From an uncultured delta proteobacterium (GTDB lineage: Bacteria > Myxococcota_A > Polyangia > Fen-1088), in the NCBI GenBank assembly GCA_963796685.1, contig CAWCMR010000025.1, positions 1,600,001 through 1,664,000 on the forward strand: a DNA stretch of 64,000 bases. The letters are read 5' to 3'. This document shows positions 43,716 to 52,497 of this stretch, piece after piece (the first letter of the stretch is position 1; each line of letters opens with the position of its first letter). Under the pieces are notes generated by a model, which was given only the letters and a program-made list of their open reading frames with translations, was not told the DNA's origin and made no database searches. Position numbers and translations under genes: made by a program.

Positions 43716-45632
43716 ATGCGCCGCCTGCGCCTCTCCACCATCTCGTTTCTGAACACGCGTCCCATCACCTACGGCATCGAGCGCGGCCTGGTCGGCAAGG
43801 ATCGCTTCGAGCTCAGCTTCGATTTGCCTTCGCGTTGCGCGGCAGCGGTGATGCGCGGCGAAGCCGATCTCGGCCTCATGCCCATCGCCAGCTACGGCGC
43901 ATCGACGACCGAGCTGCGCCTCGTGCCCGGCATCGCCATCGCGTCGCACGGACCGGTGCGCACCGTGATGCTGCTGGGGGAGGTGCCGCGCGAGGAGATG
44001 ACCAGCGTCGTTCTCGATGGCGCCTCGCGCACCTCGCAGCTCCTGGTCCAGCTTCTTCTGCGCCAACGCGGGCTGGCCCCGGCCTTCGAGCACGCCGAGC
44101 ACGACGGCGTTCTCGAACGCATCGGCGGCCGACGCGGCGGGCTCTTGATCGGCGATCTGTGCTTTGCCGCCACCTCCCGATTCCCCCATGTCTACGATCT
44201 CGGTGCCGAGTGGACAGAACACATCGGACTGCCCTTCGTCTACGCGGCGTGGATCGGCCGGCCGGATGTCCTTGCCGACGGCGATGTCGCGCTTCTGCAA
44301 GAGAGCCTTGCCCTGGGGCTGGGAAACCGGCCGGAGATCGCCCGCCTGTGGGCCCAGCAGAGCGGCGAGGATGCGGCCCTCGGCGAGCGCTATCTGACCG
44401 AGAACATCCACTACGGGCTCGGGTCGCGCGAGCTGTGCGGAGCCGCCGCGTTTCTGGAACGGGCCCACGCGGCTGGCCTGCTGGCCAAGAAGCCCGTCCT
44501 GCGCCTGTTTTCGAGCGCGGCTCGGCCGAGCGAAGCGGCGCGGAGGTCTCCGCCGAGTCCGCGCGCGCGTTCGCTCGACAGCTTGCTCTCCGACGGCGCG
44601 GCGGGCGCGCGTCTTTCGTTCGACGACGGCGCTCGATTGTACGAAGCTGCTTCGCTCTACGACCTCGGGCAGGCGGCGGACGCGCGCCGGCGGGCGTTGC
44701 ATCCGAGCGGCGTGGTCACCTACATCGTCGACCGCAACGTCAACTACACCAACGCCTGCACCACGGCCTGCCAATTCTGCAATTTCTACCACCCGCCCGG
44801 CGACGAACGCATCTACACCCTCACCCGCGATGAGCTCGGGCACAAGCTGCGCGAGACCGTCGAGCTGGGCGGCATCCAGGTGTTGCTCCAGGGCGGCGTC
44901 AATCCCGCGCTCGGTCTCGACTACTTCGAGGACCTCTTTCGCTGGATGAAGGCGAGCTTTCCCATCGCCATCCACGGTCTCTCGCCCGAAGAGGTGCGTC
45001 AGCTGGCCGAGCGGGAAGGGCTGACCATCGCGCACGTGCTCGAACGCCTGATTGCCGCCGGTCTCGATTCGGTGCCCGGCGGTGGGGCGGAGATCCTCGA
45101 CGACGAGATCCGGCGGCGCATCTCCCCGCACAAATGCTCTGTGGCCACCTGGCTCGAGGTCATGCGCCAGGCGCATCGCCTGGGCCTGCGCACCACCGCG
45201 ACGATGGTCTTCGGCTTCGGCGAAGAACCCCACCATGTGGTCGGACACCTCGACAAGGTGCGCGCCTTGCAGGATGAGACCGCGGGCTTCACCGCCTTCA
45301 TCTGCTGGAGCTTCCAGGCCGAGGGCACCAAGCTTCCCCTGCGCGACGACACCACGGCCACGCGCTACCTGCGCACCCTGGCCTTGGCGCGCCTTTACCT
45401 CGACAACTTCCCCAACCTGCAGGTGTCGTGGGTCACCATGGGACCGGCCGTGGGCCAGATCGGGCTGCGCTTCGGCGGCAACGATTTCGGCTCGGCCATG
45501 ATCGAGGAAAACGTGGTTGCGCAGGCGGGCGCCGTGTTCAAGTTGTCGGCCGCCGACATCGAAGGCTACGTGCGCGCGGCCGGCTTCACCCCCAAGCGGC
45601 GCAACATGAGATACGAGTGGCTTTCCGGATGA
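43716..45632 (+). CDS. mqnA-mqnC: Fusion of chorismate dehydratase MqnA and cyclic dehypoxanthinyl futalosine synthase MqnC
   Basis: ISFLNTRP...SRTS...LIGD...DLG.EW...LPFVYA.W, then VTYIVDRNVNYTNAC...C.FC, LLQGG and DFGS.M.EENVV in one frame. Confidence 0.88.
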   Translation: MRRLRLSTISFLNTRPITYGIERGLVGKDRFELSFDLPSRCAAAVMRGEADLGLMPIASYGASTTELRLVPGIAIASHGPVRTVMLLGEVPREEMTSVVLDGASRTSQLLVQLLLRQRGLAPAFEHAEHDGVLERIGGRRGGLLIGDLCFAATSRFPHVYDLGAEWTEHIGLPFVYAAWIGRPDVLADGDVALLQESLALGLGNRPEIARLWAQQSGEDAALGERYLTENIHYGLGSRELCGAAAFLERAHAAGLLAKKPVLRLFSSAARPSEAARRSPPSPRARSLDSLLSDGAAGARLSFDDGARLYEAASLYDLGQAADARRRALHPSGVVTYIVDRNVNYTNACTTACQFCNFYHPPGDERIYTLTRDELGHKLRETVELGGIQVLLQGGVNPALGLDYFEDLFRWMKASFPIAIHGLSPEEVRQLAEREGLTIAHVLERLIAAGLDSVPGGGAEILDDEIRRRISPHKCSVATWLEVMRQAHRLGLRTTATMVFGFGEEPHHVVGHLDKVRALQDETAGFTAFICWSFQAEGTKLPLRDDTTATRYLRTLALARLYLDNFPNLQVSWVTMGPAVGQIGLRFGGNDFGSAMIEENVVAQAGAVFKLSAADIEGYVRAAGFTPKRRNMRYEWLSG

Positions 45633-46588
45633 AGAAATTGACCACAGAGGACACAGAGAACACAGAGGGAAGGGAAAGGGTTCGGATCTCGGATCCGGAG
45701 ACCCTTTCTGCTCCGGCCTCTGTGTCCTCTGTGTTCTCTGTGGTGAAAACCTTTGGTCGCATGGTGAAGTTCAGCCATACGGTCTTTGCCTTGCCTTTTG
45801 CCCTGGCCGCGACCGCGCTGGCCGCGCGCGGACATGGCATCACCCTGGCGCAAGTGGCGGCGATTCTGGTGGCCATGGCCGGTGCGCGCACGGCCGCCAT
45901 GGGTTTCAACCGCATCGTGGATCGGCGTCTGGACGCAAAGAATCCACGCACCTCCGGGCGCGAGATCCCGACCGGCAAGGTGTCGGTGCCGTCCGCCGCG
46001 CTTCTGACCACGCTCAGCGCCGCGGCGTTCATCGCTGCCGCTGCCAGCCTGGGCCGGCTGTGCCTTGCGCTGTCGCCCGTCGTGCTCGGCCTCGTTCTCG
46101 GCTATTCCTTCACCAAGCGTTTCACCTGGCTGTGTCATCTCTTTCTCGGCCTAGCCATCGGTATCGCGCCCGCGGGCGCGTGGATCGCGGTGCGCGGCGA
46201 CCTGGCCGCACCGGCCATCTGGATGGTGGCGGCAGTGACCACCTGGATCGGAGGCTTCGACATCCTCTACGCTCTCTCCGATCGCGACTTCGATCGCACG
46301 GCAGGCATCCATTCGATCCCGTCGCGATTCGGCGTTCCGGCCGCCCTGGCGGCTTCGGCGGCCCTGCACCTTGGAACGATTGGCGCGCTGGTCGCGGTGG
46401 GCTCCAGCGCCGGAATGGGGACGATCTACTTCGTCGGCGTGGCCGCGGTCGTCGCCATCTTGGTCTACGAGCACGCCATCGTGAGACCATCCGATCTTTC
46501 GCGCGTCGACGTTGCGTTCTTCAACCTGAACGGCTACGTCTCGCTGGTCTACCTGCTGGCGACCCTCGCGCAGGTCTTCGCGGGCTAG
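45629..46588 (+). CDS. ubiA: UbiA-family prenyltransferase (MqnP-like); N-terminus overlaps a palindromic repeat
   Basis: KFSHTVFALPF, AMGFNRIVD..D.KNPRT..R.IP.G, GFDILYA; start 45629 (ATGA-coupled) or 45761. Confidence 0.9.
   Translation: MKKLTTEDTENTEGRERVRISDPETLSAPASVSSVFSVVKTFGRMVKFSHTVFALPFALAATALAARGHGITLAQVAAILVAMAGARTAAMGFNRIVDRRLDAKNPRTSGREIPTGKVSVPSAALLTTLSAAAFIAAAASLGRLCLALSPVVLGLVLGYSFTKRFTWLCHLFLGLAIGIAPAGAWIAVRGDLAAPAIWMVAAVTTWIGGFDILYALSDRDFDRTAGIHSIPSRFGVPAALAASAALHLGTIGALVAVGSSAGMGTIYFVGVAAVVAILVYEHAIVRPSDLSRVDVAFFNLNGYVSLVYLLATLAQVFAG
45641..45749. repeat. Family A palindromic element
   Basis: ACCACAGAGGACACAGAG...CTCTGTGTTCTCTGTGGT. Confidence 0.85.
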
Positions 46589-46642
46589 CCGAGGATCGCG
46601 TGACATGGGACGAACCGGTTCTAGGGTTCTTCAGGAAATGTT

Positions 46643-46747
46643 CGAGAGCGAACGGCCGGCCGGTCTGTCACCCTTCGCACGATTTGGAAGCTCGCGAAGG
46701 CCTTTAGGGTTTCGCCTCGGGACATCCTACCCGCGTCCGGACCGTAG
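46643..46747 (+). pseudogene. XRE-type HTH regulator, C-terminal remnant
   Basis: My translation: ERTAGRSVTLRTIWKLAKAFRVSPRDIL*; no intact N-terminus. Confidence 0.5.
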
Positions 46748-46796
46748 CCGGTGGACATCGCCAGCGTGATGGAGCCAGCCAGATCGGTCGGCCTGA

Positions 46797-47162
46797 TCAC
46801 GGCGCGCCATCACACGTCTGGTCTGGCAATCCCGGCGTCGCGGACGCGTCGTTACGATCGCCCTCCTTGCGGAATCCCAGCATGAGCACGATCGCGATTT
46901 GCTTCTCTCGCGAAGCGAGGAAGAAGACCCTTTGCCGTCCGAGCTTTGCTCGTCTCACGCCCGCGAGATTGACCGGTCCGCGGCGTCCGAGCGCGGTGGC
47001 GGCGGCAAAGGCAAGGTCTTCGTTGGTGACGACTTCCTGTAAGAGCTTCTTGAGCGCACGCCAAACAGCATCGTGTGCCGAGTTGGGCCTTGCCTCGGCG
47101 TTGGCACGAGCTTGCTTGATTTGCTCCGCGGCGTACTGCGAGGCTTTGAGTTGCAGGGCCAC
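46797..47162 (-). CDS. RelE/YhaV-like toxin, C-terminus possibly eroded
   Basis: VRRAKLGRQRVFFLASREKQIAIVLMLGFRKEGDRNDA resembles the YhaV/RelE core; 1 nt from the upstream stop. Confidence 0.55.
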   Translation of the reverse strand: MALQLKASQYAAEQIKQARANAEARPNSAHDAVWRALKKLLQEVVTNEDLAFAAATALGRRGPVNLAGVRRAKLGRQRVFFLASREKQIAIVLMLGFRKEGDRNDASATPGLPDQTCDGAP

Positions 47163-47163
47163 G

Positions 47164-47682
47164 TCAGTCGAGGTCCAGGGACACGCTTGGGGCAGGCGCG
47201 CGGACAGCCTCGTCGGTGGGCACTAGGCTGCGCTGAAGGTCGATTTCATCAACTTCGCTGAGTATGAAGGCCAGCCAGGCAATCATTTGTCGGTAGTGGG
47301 CGATCGATCGGTCCTGAAGCTGGATGAAGGCTGCGGCCCGCTCGGGAAGCCCGATCGCAACCCAACGGCGAAACACACGGGCCTTGGTCCCGCCAAGCAG
47401 CTCGAAGGTCTGGCGGCAGGTCTCCAGCGTGGCCTGCCATTCCTCGCGATCTCCCTCCAGCTTGACTTCGTCGACCGCGGTTTCGAGGAGCGGGTGGTCA
47501 AGCTCCAACGAGAGTGCCGCACGCGTGGTACGTTCGAGGCCGTCGACGACTTTGGCAAGGGCTTCTCTGTCGAGCGTCTCCGCCGGATTGATCGGCCCCA
47601 GCACAGACATCGGGCCGTAGAGGGTCGCGATGTCGATGTGCGGAACGGGCTTAACTTTTGCGGCCAGGGACATGATTGTCAT
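47164..47682 (-). CDS. Hypothetical acidic protein, putative antitoxin
   Basis: Immediately upstream of, and coupled to, the basic toxin-like gene. Confidence 0.5.
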   Translation of the reverse strand: MTIMSLAAKVKPVPHIDIATLYGPMSVLGPINPAETLDREALAKVVDGLERTTRAALSLELDHPLLETAVDEVKLEGDREEWQATLETCRQTFELLGGTKARVFRRWVAIGLPERAAAFIQLQDRSIAHYRQMIAWLAFILSEVDEIDLQRSLVPTDEAVRAPAPSVSLDLD

Positions 47683-47721
47683 CTTACCCGAGGAGGTGGA
47701 CGAGCGCACGCCGCCCGGCTT

Positions 47722-48153
47722 GCGGGAGGTCTAAGGAACCCTCCCAGTACCGCCGGGCCGATGGCCCGGATTCTTCGGGCATGAAACGTGACAGCCCCTC
47801 ACCCGCCTCGCTGCGCTCGGCGACCTCTCCCCGCTTCGCTCCGCTACGCGGGGCGAGGTGGTTTCAGGTCAGGGTTCCTGGAGGAACGCGTAGGCGAAGC
47901 CGGGCTTTGCCCGACGGAGCCAGAGCGCGGGAGGTCTAAGGAACCCTCCCAGTACCGCCGGGCCGATGGCCCGGATTCTTCGGGCATGAAACGTGACAGC
48001 CCCTCACCCGCCTCGCTGCGCTCGGCGACCTCTCCCCGCTTCGCTCCGCTACGCGGGGCGAGGTGGTTTCAGGTCAGGGTTCCTGGAGGAACGCGTAGGC
48101 GAAGCCGGGCTTTGCCCGGCGGAGCCAGAGCGCGGGAGGTCTAAGGAACCCTC
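47722..48153. repeat. 205-bp tandem repeat (2 copies plus start of a third) made of REP-like hairpins
   Basis: gcgggaggtctaaggaaccctc recurs at 47722, 47927 and 48132; the units are nearly identical. Confidence 0.92.
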
Positions 48154-48167
48154 TCAGGGTTCCTTTT
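48143..48167 (-). terminator. Hairpin downstream of tRNA-Lys
   Basis: AAGGAACCCT-CTC-AGGGTTCCTT perfect stem. Confidence 0.55.
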
Positions 48168-48174
48168 AGAATCG

Positions 48175-48247
48175 TGGGCACAGTAGGAATCGAACCTACA
48201 ACAAACGGATTAAGAGTCCGCTGCTCTGCCAATTGAGCTATGCGCCC
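48175..48247 (-). tRNA. tRNA-Lys(CTT)
   Basis: GGGCGCATAGCTCAATTGGCAGAGCAGCGGACT-CTT-AATCCG...GGTTCGATTCC...GCCCA cloverleaf. Confidence 0.95.
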
Positions 48248-48300
48248 GTGCTGATTTTTGGAAGCGAATGTATGCCTTCGGTGTGCGGATAAGTCAAGAG

Positions 48301-48345
48301 CAGCGCGCCCGGAGGGAATCGAACCCCCAGCCCTCGGCTTCGAAG
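48301..48345 (-). repeat. att site: duplicated 3' half of tRNA-Arg
   Basis: cagcgcgcccggagggaatcgaacccccagccctcggcttcgaag, identical to 55618-55662. Confidence 0.92.
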
Positions 48346-48527
48346 ATCTCGACGATACATCGCAAAGCGTATCCGACAGTAGCAAATTGTTGGAAAATCA
48401 ACGGGTTACGCAGGGAGACCTTAGCCGCGAGTCGCCACAAGTTGCACCGAATAGCCAACCGTTTGGTGCAATAGTGGTACAAGAAATTTCGGGAGCCGAG
48501 GGTAGGGGGTCCGCGACTGTCGGCCCC

Positions 48528-48693
48528 TTTCTGACCGTTCGTGGTGGCGGCGAGGCTGCGCGTGTGCACGGCTACCGTATACAGCCTGTGCGAGTCCGGC
48601 GGGCTAACGCACGTGCGCCTGAACAACGCGATCCGGGTGGCCGAGGGGGACTTGCGGCACTACTTGGAGAAGGTCTCGAAAGGTCCACGATGA
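48528..48693 (+). pseudogene. Excisionase-like HTH_17 protein, frameshifted
   Basis: FLTVR / VAARLRVCTATVYSLCESGGLTHVRLNNAIRV split across two frames at ~48541. Confidence 0.7.
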
Positions 48694-48856
48694 GGATCGA
48701 GGTCGGAGTCTCGCCGAAGGCGACAGACGCCTCGATCAGCATTATCGTTTGGGTGAAGATGATCAAGGCCATGGTGTTCGCTGTGAACGATGTCGATGCC
48801 CAGCCTGCCGAGAGGGTGCGGGTGCCCATGCCCGATAGGTCACGAGAGGTAGCTGT

Positions 48857-50356
48857 ATGAGCCCGACCCGCTCGGCCGAGTACATGGCCGGCCTCGTCCG
48901 CGAGGTGTGCAAACTCCCTCGCGAGACCGAATGGGTGGAGTTCAAGGAGAACAAGGCCGAGCCGCAGGAGATCGGTGAGTACCTCTCGGCTCTCGCCAAC
49001 GCTGCTGCCCTGGCGGGCAAGGCTTTCGCCTATCTCGCGTGGGGCGTGAATGATGAGTCTCACCATGTTGGCGGCACGCATTTCGTACCGACGGCCACGA
49101 AGGTGGGCAACGAAGAACTTGAAAGCTGGCTGCTTCGACTGCTCACGCCCAAGATCCAATTTCGATTCTTCGATGTCGACATGGACGGCAAGCGCGTCGT
49201 TCTCCTGGAGATCGAGCGCGCCTCCCGGCAACCTGTTCAGTTCCAGGGCCAGGAGTACATTCGCGTTGGCACCTACAAGAAGAAGCTCAAGGACTTCCCC
49301 GAGAAGGAACGAACGCTTTGGCGCATCTTTGACCGAATACCCTTCGAGGATGGAATCGCCCGAGAGCATGTGAGCGATGACGAAGTCTTGAGGATCATCG
49401 ACTACCCGAGCTACTTCGATCTGCTTGACCGACCTCTCCCCGACGGCAAACAAGGTGTCCTCGGTGCGCTGGAAGAGGACACCTTGATCCGCAGATGTGA
49501 TGCCGGCGGCTGGAACATAACCAACCTTGGCGCCGCGCTGTTCGCGAGACGCCTGGACGACTTCGCGGGGCTTGGTCGCAAGGCCGTTCGCGTGATCGTC
49601 TACCAGGGCAACAACCGAATCGAGACGGTCAAGGAACAGATCGGCGGCAAGGGCTATGGGAGCGGCTTCGAGGGGCTCATCGCGTTCATCAACGATCTGG
49701 TTCCGTCCAACGAGGTGATCGGGCAAGCGTTGCGCAAGACCGTGCCGATGTACCCGGAGCTCGCGGTTCGCGAGCTCGTCGCCAATGCCCTCATCCACCA
49801 GGATTTCTTCGTCACCGGGGCGGGACCCACGGTGGAGATCTTCGCCGACCGAATGGAGGTCACGAATCCAGGTGAGCCACTGGTAGCGGCAGATCGATTC
49901 TTGGACACGCCCCCCAAGTCTCGCAACGAGGCACTGGCTTCTCTGATGAGGCGCATGGGCGTCTGTGAGGAGCGCGGAAGCGGCGTCGACAAGGTTGTGT
50001 CTCAGACGGAGTTGTTCCAGCTCCCCGCACCGCTCTTTGAAGTGACGGGGGAATCGACGCGCGCGGTGCTCTTTGCACACCGTCCACTGACCAAGATGGA
50101 CAAGGATGACCGCGTGCGCGCCTGCTATCTCCACGCTTGCCTGAAGTACGTCAGCCGCGATTGCCTGACGAACACCTCTCTTCGCGAGCGGTTCGGGATC
50201 GACCCGCAGAACAGCGCCACGGCATCTCGCATCATCAAGGAAGCAGTGGAGGCGCGCGCCATTGCGCCGGTTGATGAAGACGCCGCGAAGAAGCTCATGA
50301 AATACGTTCCGTGGTGGGCCGCGGGGCGGCGACCGGTGGAAGGAAGGGCGCCGTGA
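48857..50356 (+). CDS. AlbA_2/Schlafen-domain protein with HATPase_c_4 (RecG-C-like) domain
   Basis: ETEWVEFKEN, SALAN, WGVND; RELVANALIHQDF, NPG, SRNE.LA, EERGSG. Confidence 0.88.
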   Translation: MSPTRSAEYMAGLVREVCKLPRETEWVEFKENKAEPQEIGEYLSALANAAALAGKAFAYLAWGVNDESHHVGGTHFVPTATKVGNEELESWLLRLLTPKIQFRFFDVDMDGKRVVLLEIERASRQPVQFQGQEYIRVGTYKKKLKDFPEKERTLWRIFDRIPFEDGIAREHVSDDEVLRIIDYPSYFDLLDRPLPDGKQGVLGALEEDTLIRRCDAGGWNITNLGAALFARRLDDFAGLGRKAVRVIVYQGNNRIETVKEQIGGKGYGSGFEGLIAFINDLVPSNEVIGQALRKTVPMYPELAVRELVANALIHQDFFVTGAGPTVEIFADRMEVTNPGEPLVAADRFLDTPPKSRNEALASLMRRMGVCEERGSGVDKVVSQTELFQLPAPLFEVTGESTRAVLFAHRPLTKMDKDDRVRACYLHACLKYVSRDCLTNTSLRERFGIDPQNSATASRIIKEAVEARAIAPVDEDAAKKLMKYVPWWAAGRRPVEGRAP

Positions 50357-50603
50357 CTTCATTTGATGGCCGCGCCGATAGCGAACCTGCTATGGCAAAA
50401 AACATGTGTTTCTGCAGTAGGTTAGCTCATTTGATGGGTATTTGATCGGGAAGAGTTTGGCTTGTTGCAGCTTGACCAGTTGGGCGAGTCGACGCGAGAT
50501 CATCGCAGATGTGACATTGGGCGACATAACACAAGGTCGGCAAGAAGCTCACCCATCAATGGGTCCCTAGTGCGTGGCGCCTGAACCTGGCCGAACCCAA
50601 CCA

Positions 50604-52410
50604 TCAAGCCTTTGAGGCGCGGGCTCCTCGGACACCGGGTGGAATCGGAAAGCCCCGCTGGGCGAGGTCGCGCCAGAGGTTGCGTTTGAGGTGGTAGACG
50701 GTCGCCCAGCTCGCGCGCAACTTGCTGGCTGCTGCGGGGTTGATTTCGTGGACCGCGGCCAGCCAGTCGGCGGATTCCGAGTACTCCGCGGTTGAGGCCC
50801 CAGGATCGGGCACGAAACGAACCGCATCTTCCCGCCAGAAAGCGACAATCTTGGGAATGAGGGCCTTCCCCCCGAGGGACTTGCACCAGTTTCTTCGGGT
50901 TGTCGAAACGCGCTTCCGTGCATCGGAATCTACCTTGGAGAGGAGATGCCAAAGCCTTGGTGCCAACTTCTTCGTCGTTGGCAATGTCGCGTCCAAGTCG
51001 CGCGTCAAGATTGCAAGCGCTCGCAGGGACTTCTCTTGGCCTGTGGGGTGAGCCCAACGCGGGTTCCAGGCTGCCTTCGGCACGGTGGTCGTCTTCTTTC
51101 GCGACTCATCCAGCGCGACGCGCACGGCGGTGTGGAACATCGCTGCGCCGTTGGGACCGGCCCAGGCCGCGTCGACCAGGGCAGACACCCAGCCACCACA
51201 TGGCACCGGATCGCTATCTTTCCAGGTGTCGAGCGTTCGCCTGACAATCAACTCGCGCCAGGCGGCGAAGAGTCGGTCACGGATCGCGTGGAACTGCGCC
51301 GGAAAGGCATGGAATGCCTTGAGCATGGTCTCGCCAGACTTCGCGCTCCACGAGAAGCTCTTTGCACGGGTTCCATCGCTCGGTCCCATCGAGTCGCAGG
51401 CGCGAGCGCAGAGCCTCGTCGATGATGTCGATTGCCTCGGCGAATGCCTTGCGCTTAACCGCGTCCTCGACCAGCGGCAAGGCCAAGGTCCAGTCCTGTG
51501 CGATGTTTGCACGGGAGATCTCAACGTGAAGCTCGGGTTTCCAGCGTTTCGAAAGACCGCGCAAGATCTCCGCCCAGCAGCCGAACGCACGCGTGAATGC
51601 CTCCGTCCAACGCGCCGACAAACGCTGGCGCTCCATGCTCGCGAGAACGCTTTGACGTTGCTCGTGGGACAGCCCACGAACGAAAGTCTTGATGGCTTGG
51701 CCATCAAGCCCGACTTTCTGAAGACCGGTCTCGAGATCGCGAACTTCGTCGAGGAATGCGGCTGCATCGCGACCTTTACCTTGTGCAGCCTTCCACTCCC
51801 ACTCGAGCAGGCACTTTGTCGCCTTGGGACCGAGACAACAGTCTTCACCGATGCCCTCCACGACCCAGTCGGGCTGGCCCGCATACAGTCCCTCGTCCAT
51901 CTCGCGAATCGCCTGGGTAAAGCTGAAGCCAGGATCGATGCCCTCGGCGATGACCCTCGGAATCAGGCTGTGCATCTTCGCCGCGACAGCGTCCAGATCC
52001 AGTCCGATGGAATACGTGTCGATGTACGGTGGTTCCCAGTCGGCGTCCTGATGAACGTAGTCGCCGGTTTCGGCGGCGGATTCGTCAACGATGCGAGTCC
52101 ATTCTTGCCAAAGCCGGTCCCATTCCTGCCGGAGCTTTCCCTTCCCCGCTGCGGGCACGGTGGCCTTTTGACTTCGAGCGGGCTTGCGCGGCGGATCGAG
52201 CGCGGGGATCAACGCCGCCGCGGTTTCTGGGGCGACTCGGGCGAGTAGTCGTTTTCGGGAAGCGTTGTCCAGAACCAGGAGTGATGACGCGACCACGCGG
52301 CGAATCTCTTCCTCGGAGAGCGCTTCCTCGAGACGTCGAAGCAATGCGTCCTCCTCCGGCAAAGCCCCGAATGACTTCTTGTGGGAGGACCGCCTAGAAC
52401 GCTGGAACAT
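50604..52410 (-). pseudogene. Helical hypothetical protein split into two overlapping frames near 51320
   Basis: ORF 51277-52410 and the distal part of ORF 50604-51884 both look protein-like and meet at ~51320. Confidence 0.55.
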
Positions 52411-52497
52411 AGGTGCAGAGTATCTTGTCTAGTCTATGGCGGATCAAGCTCACATGCAAGTACCGAAAGCGACATCCTCCATGTACGATCCCACCGC

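Noticed and set aside
47722-48153. Possible CRISPR array
   Set aside because: The intervening sequences are identical 205-bp units rather than unique spacers, and no cas genes are present.
46590-48175. Intact island integrated in tRNA-Lys
   Set aside because: No duplicated tRNA-Lys 3' end or integrase found; only remnants.
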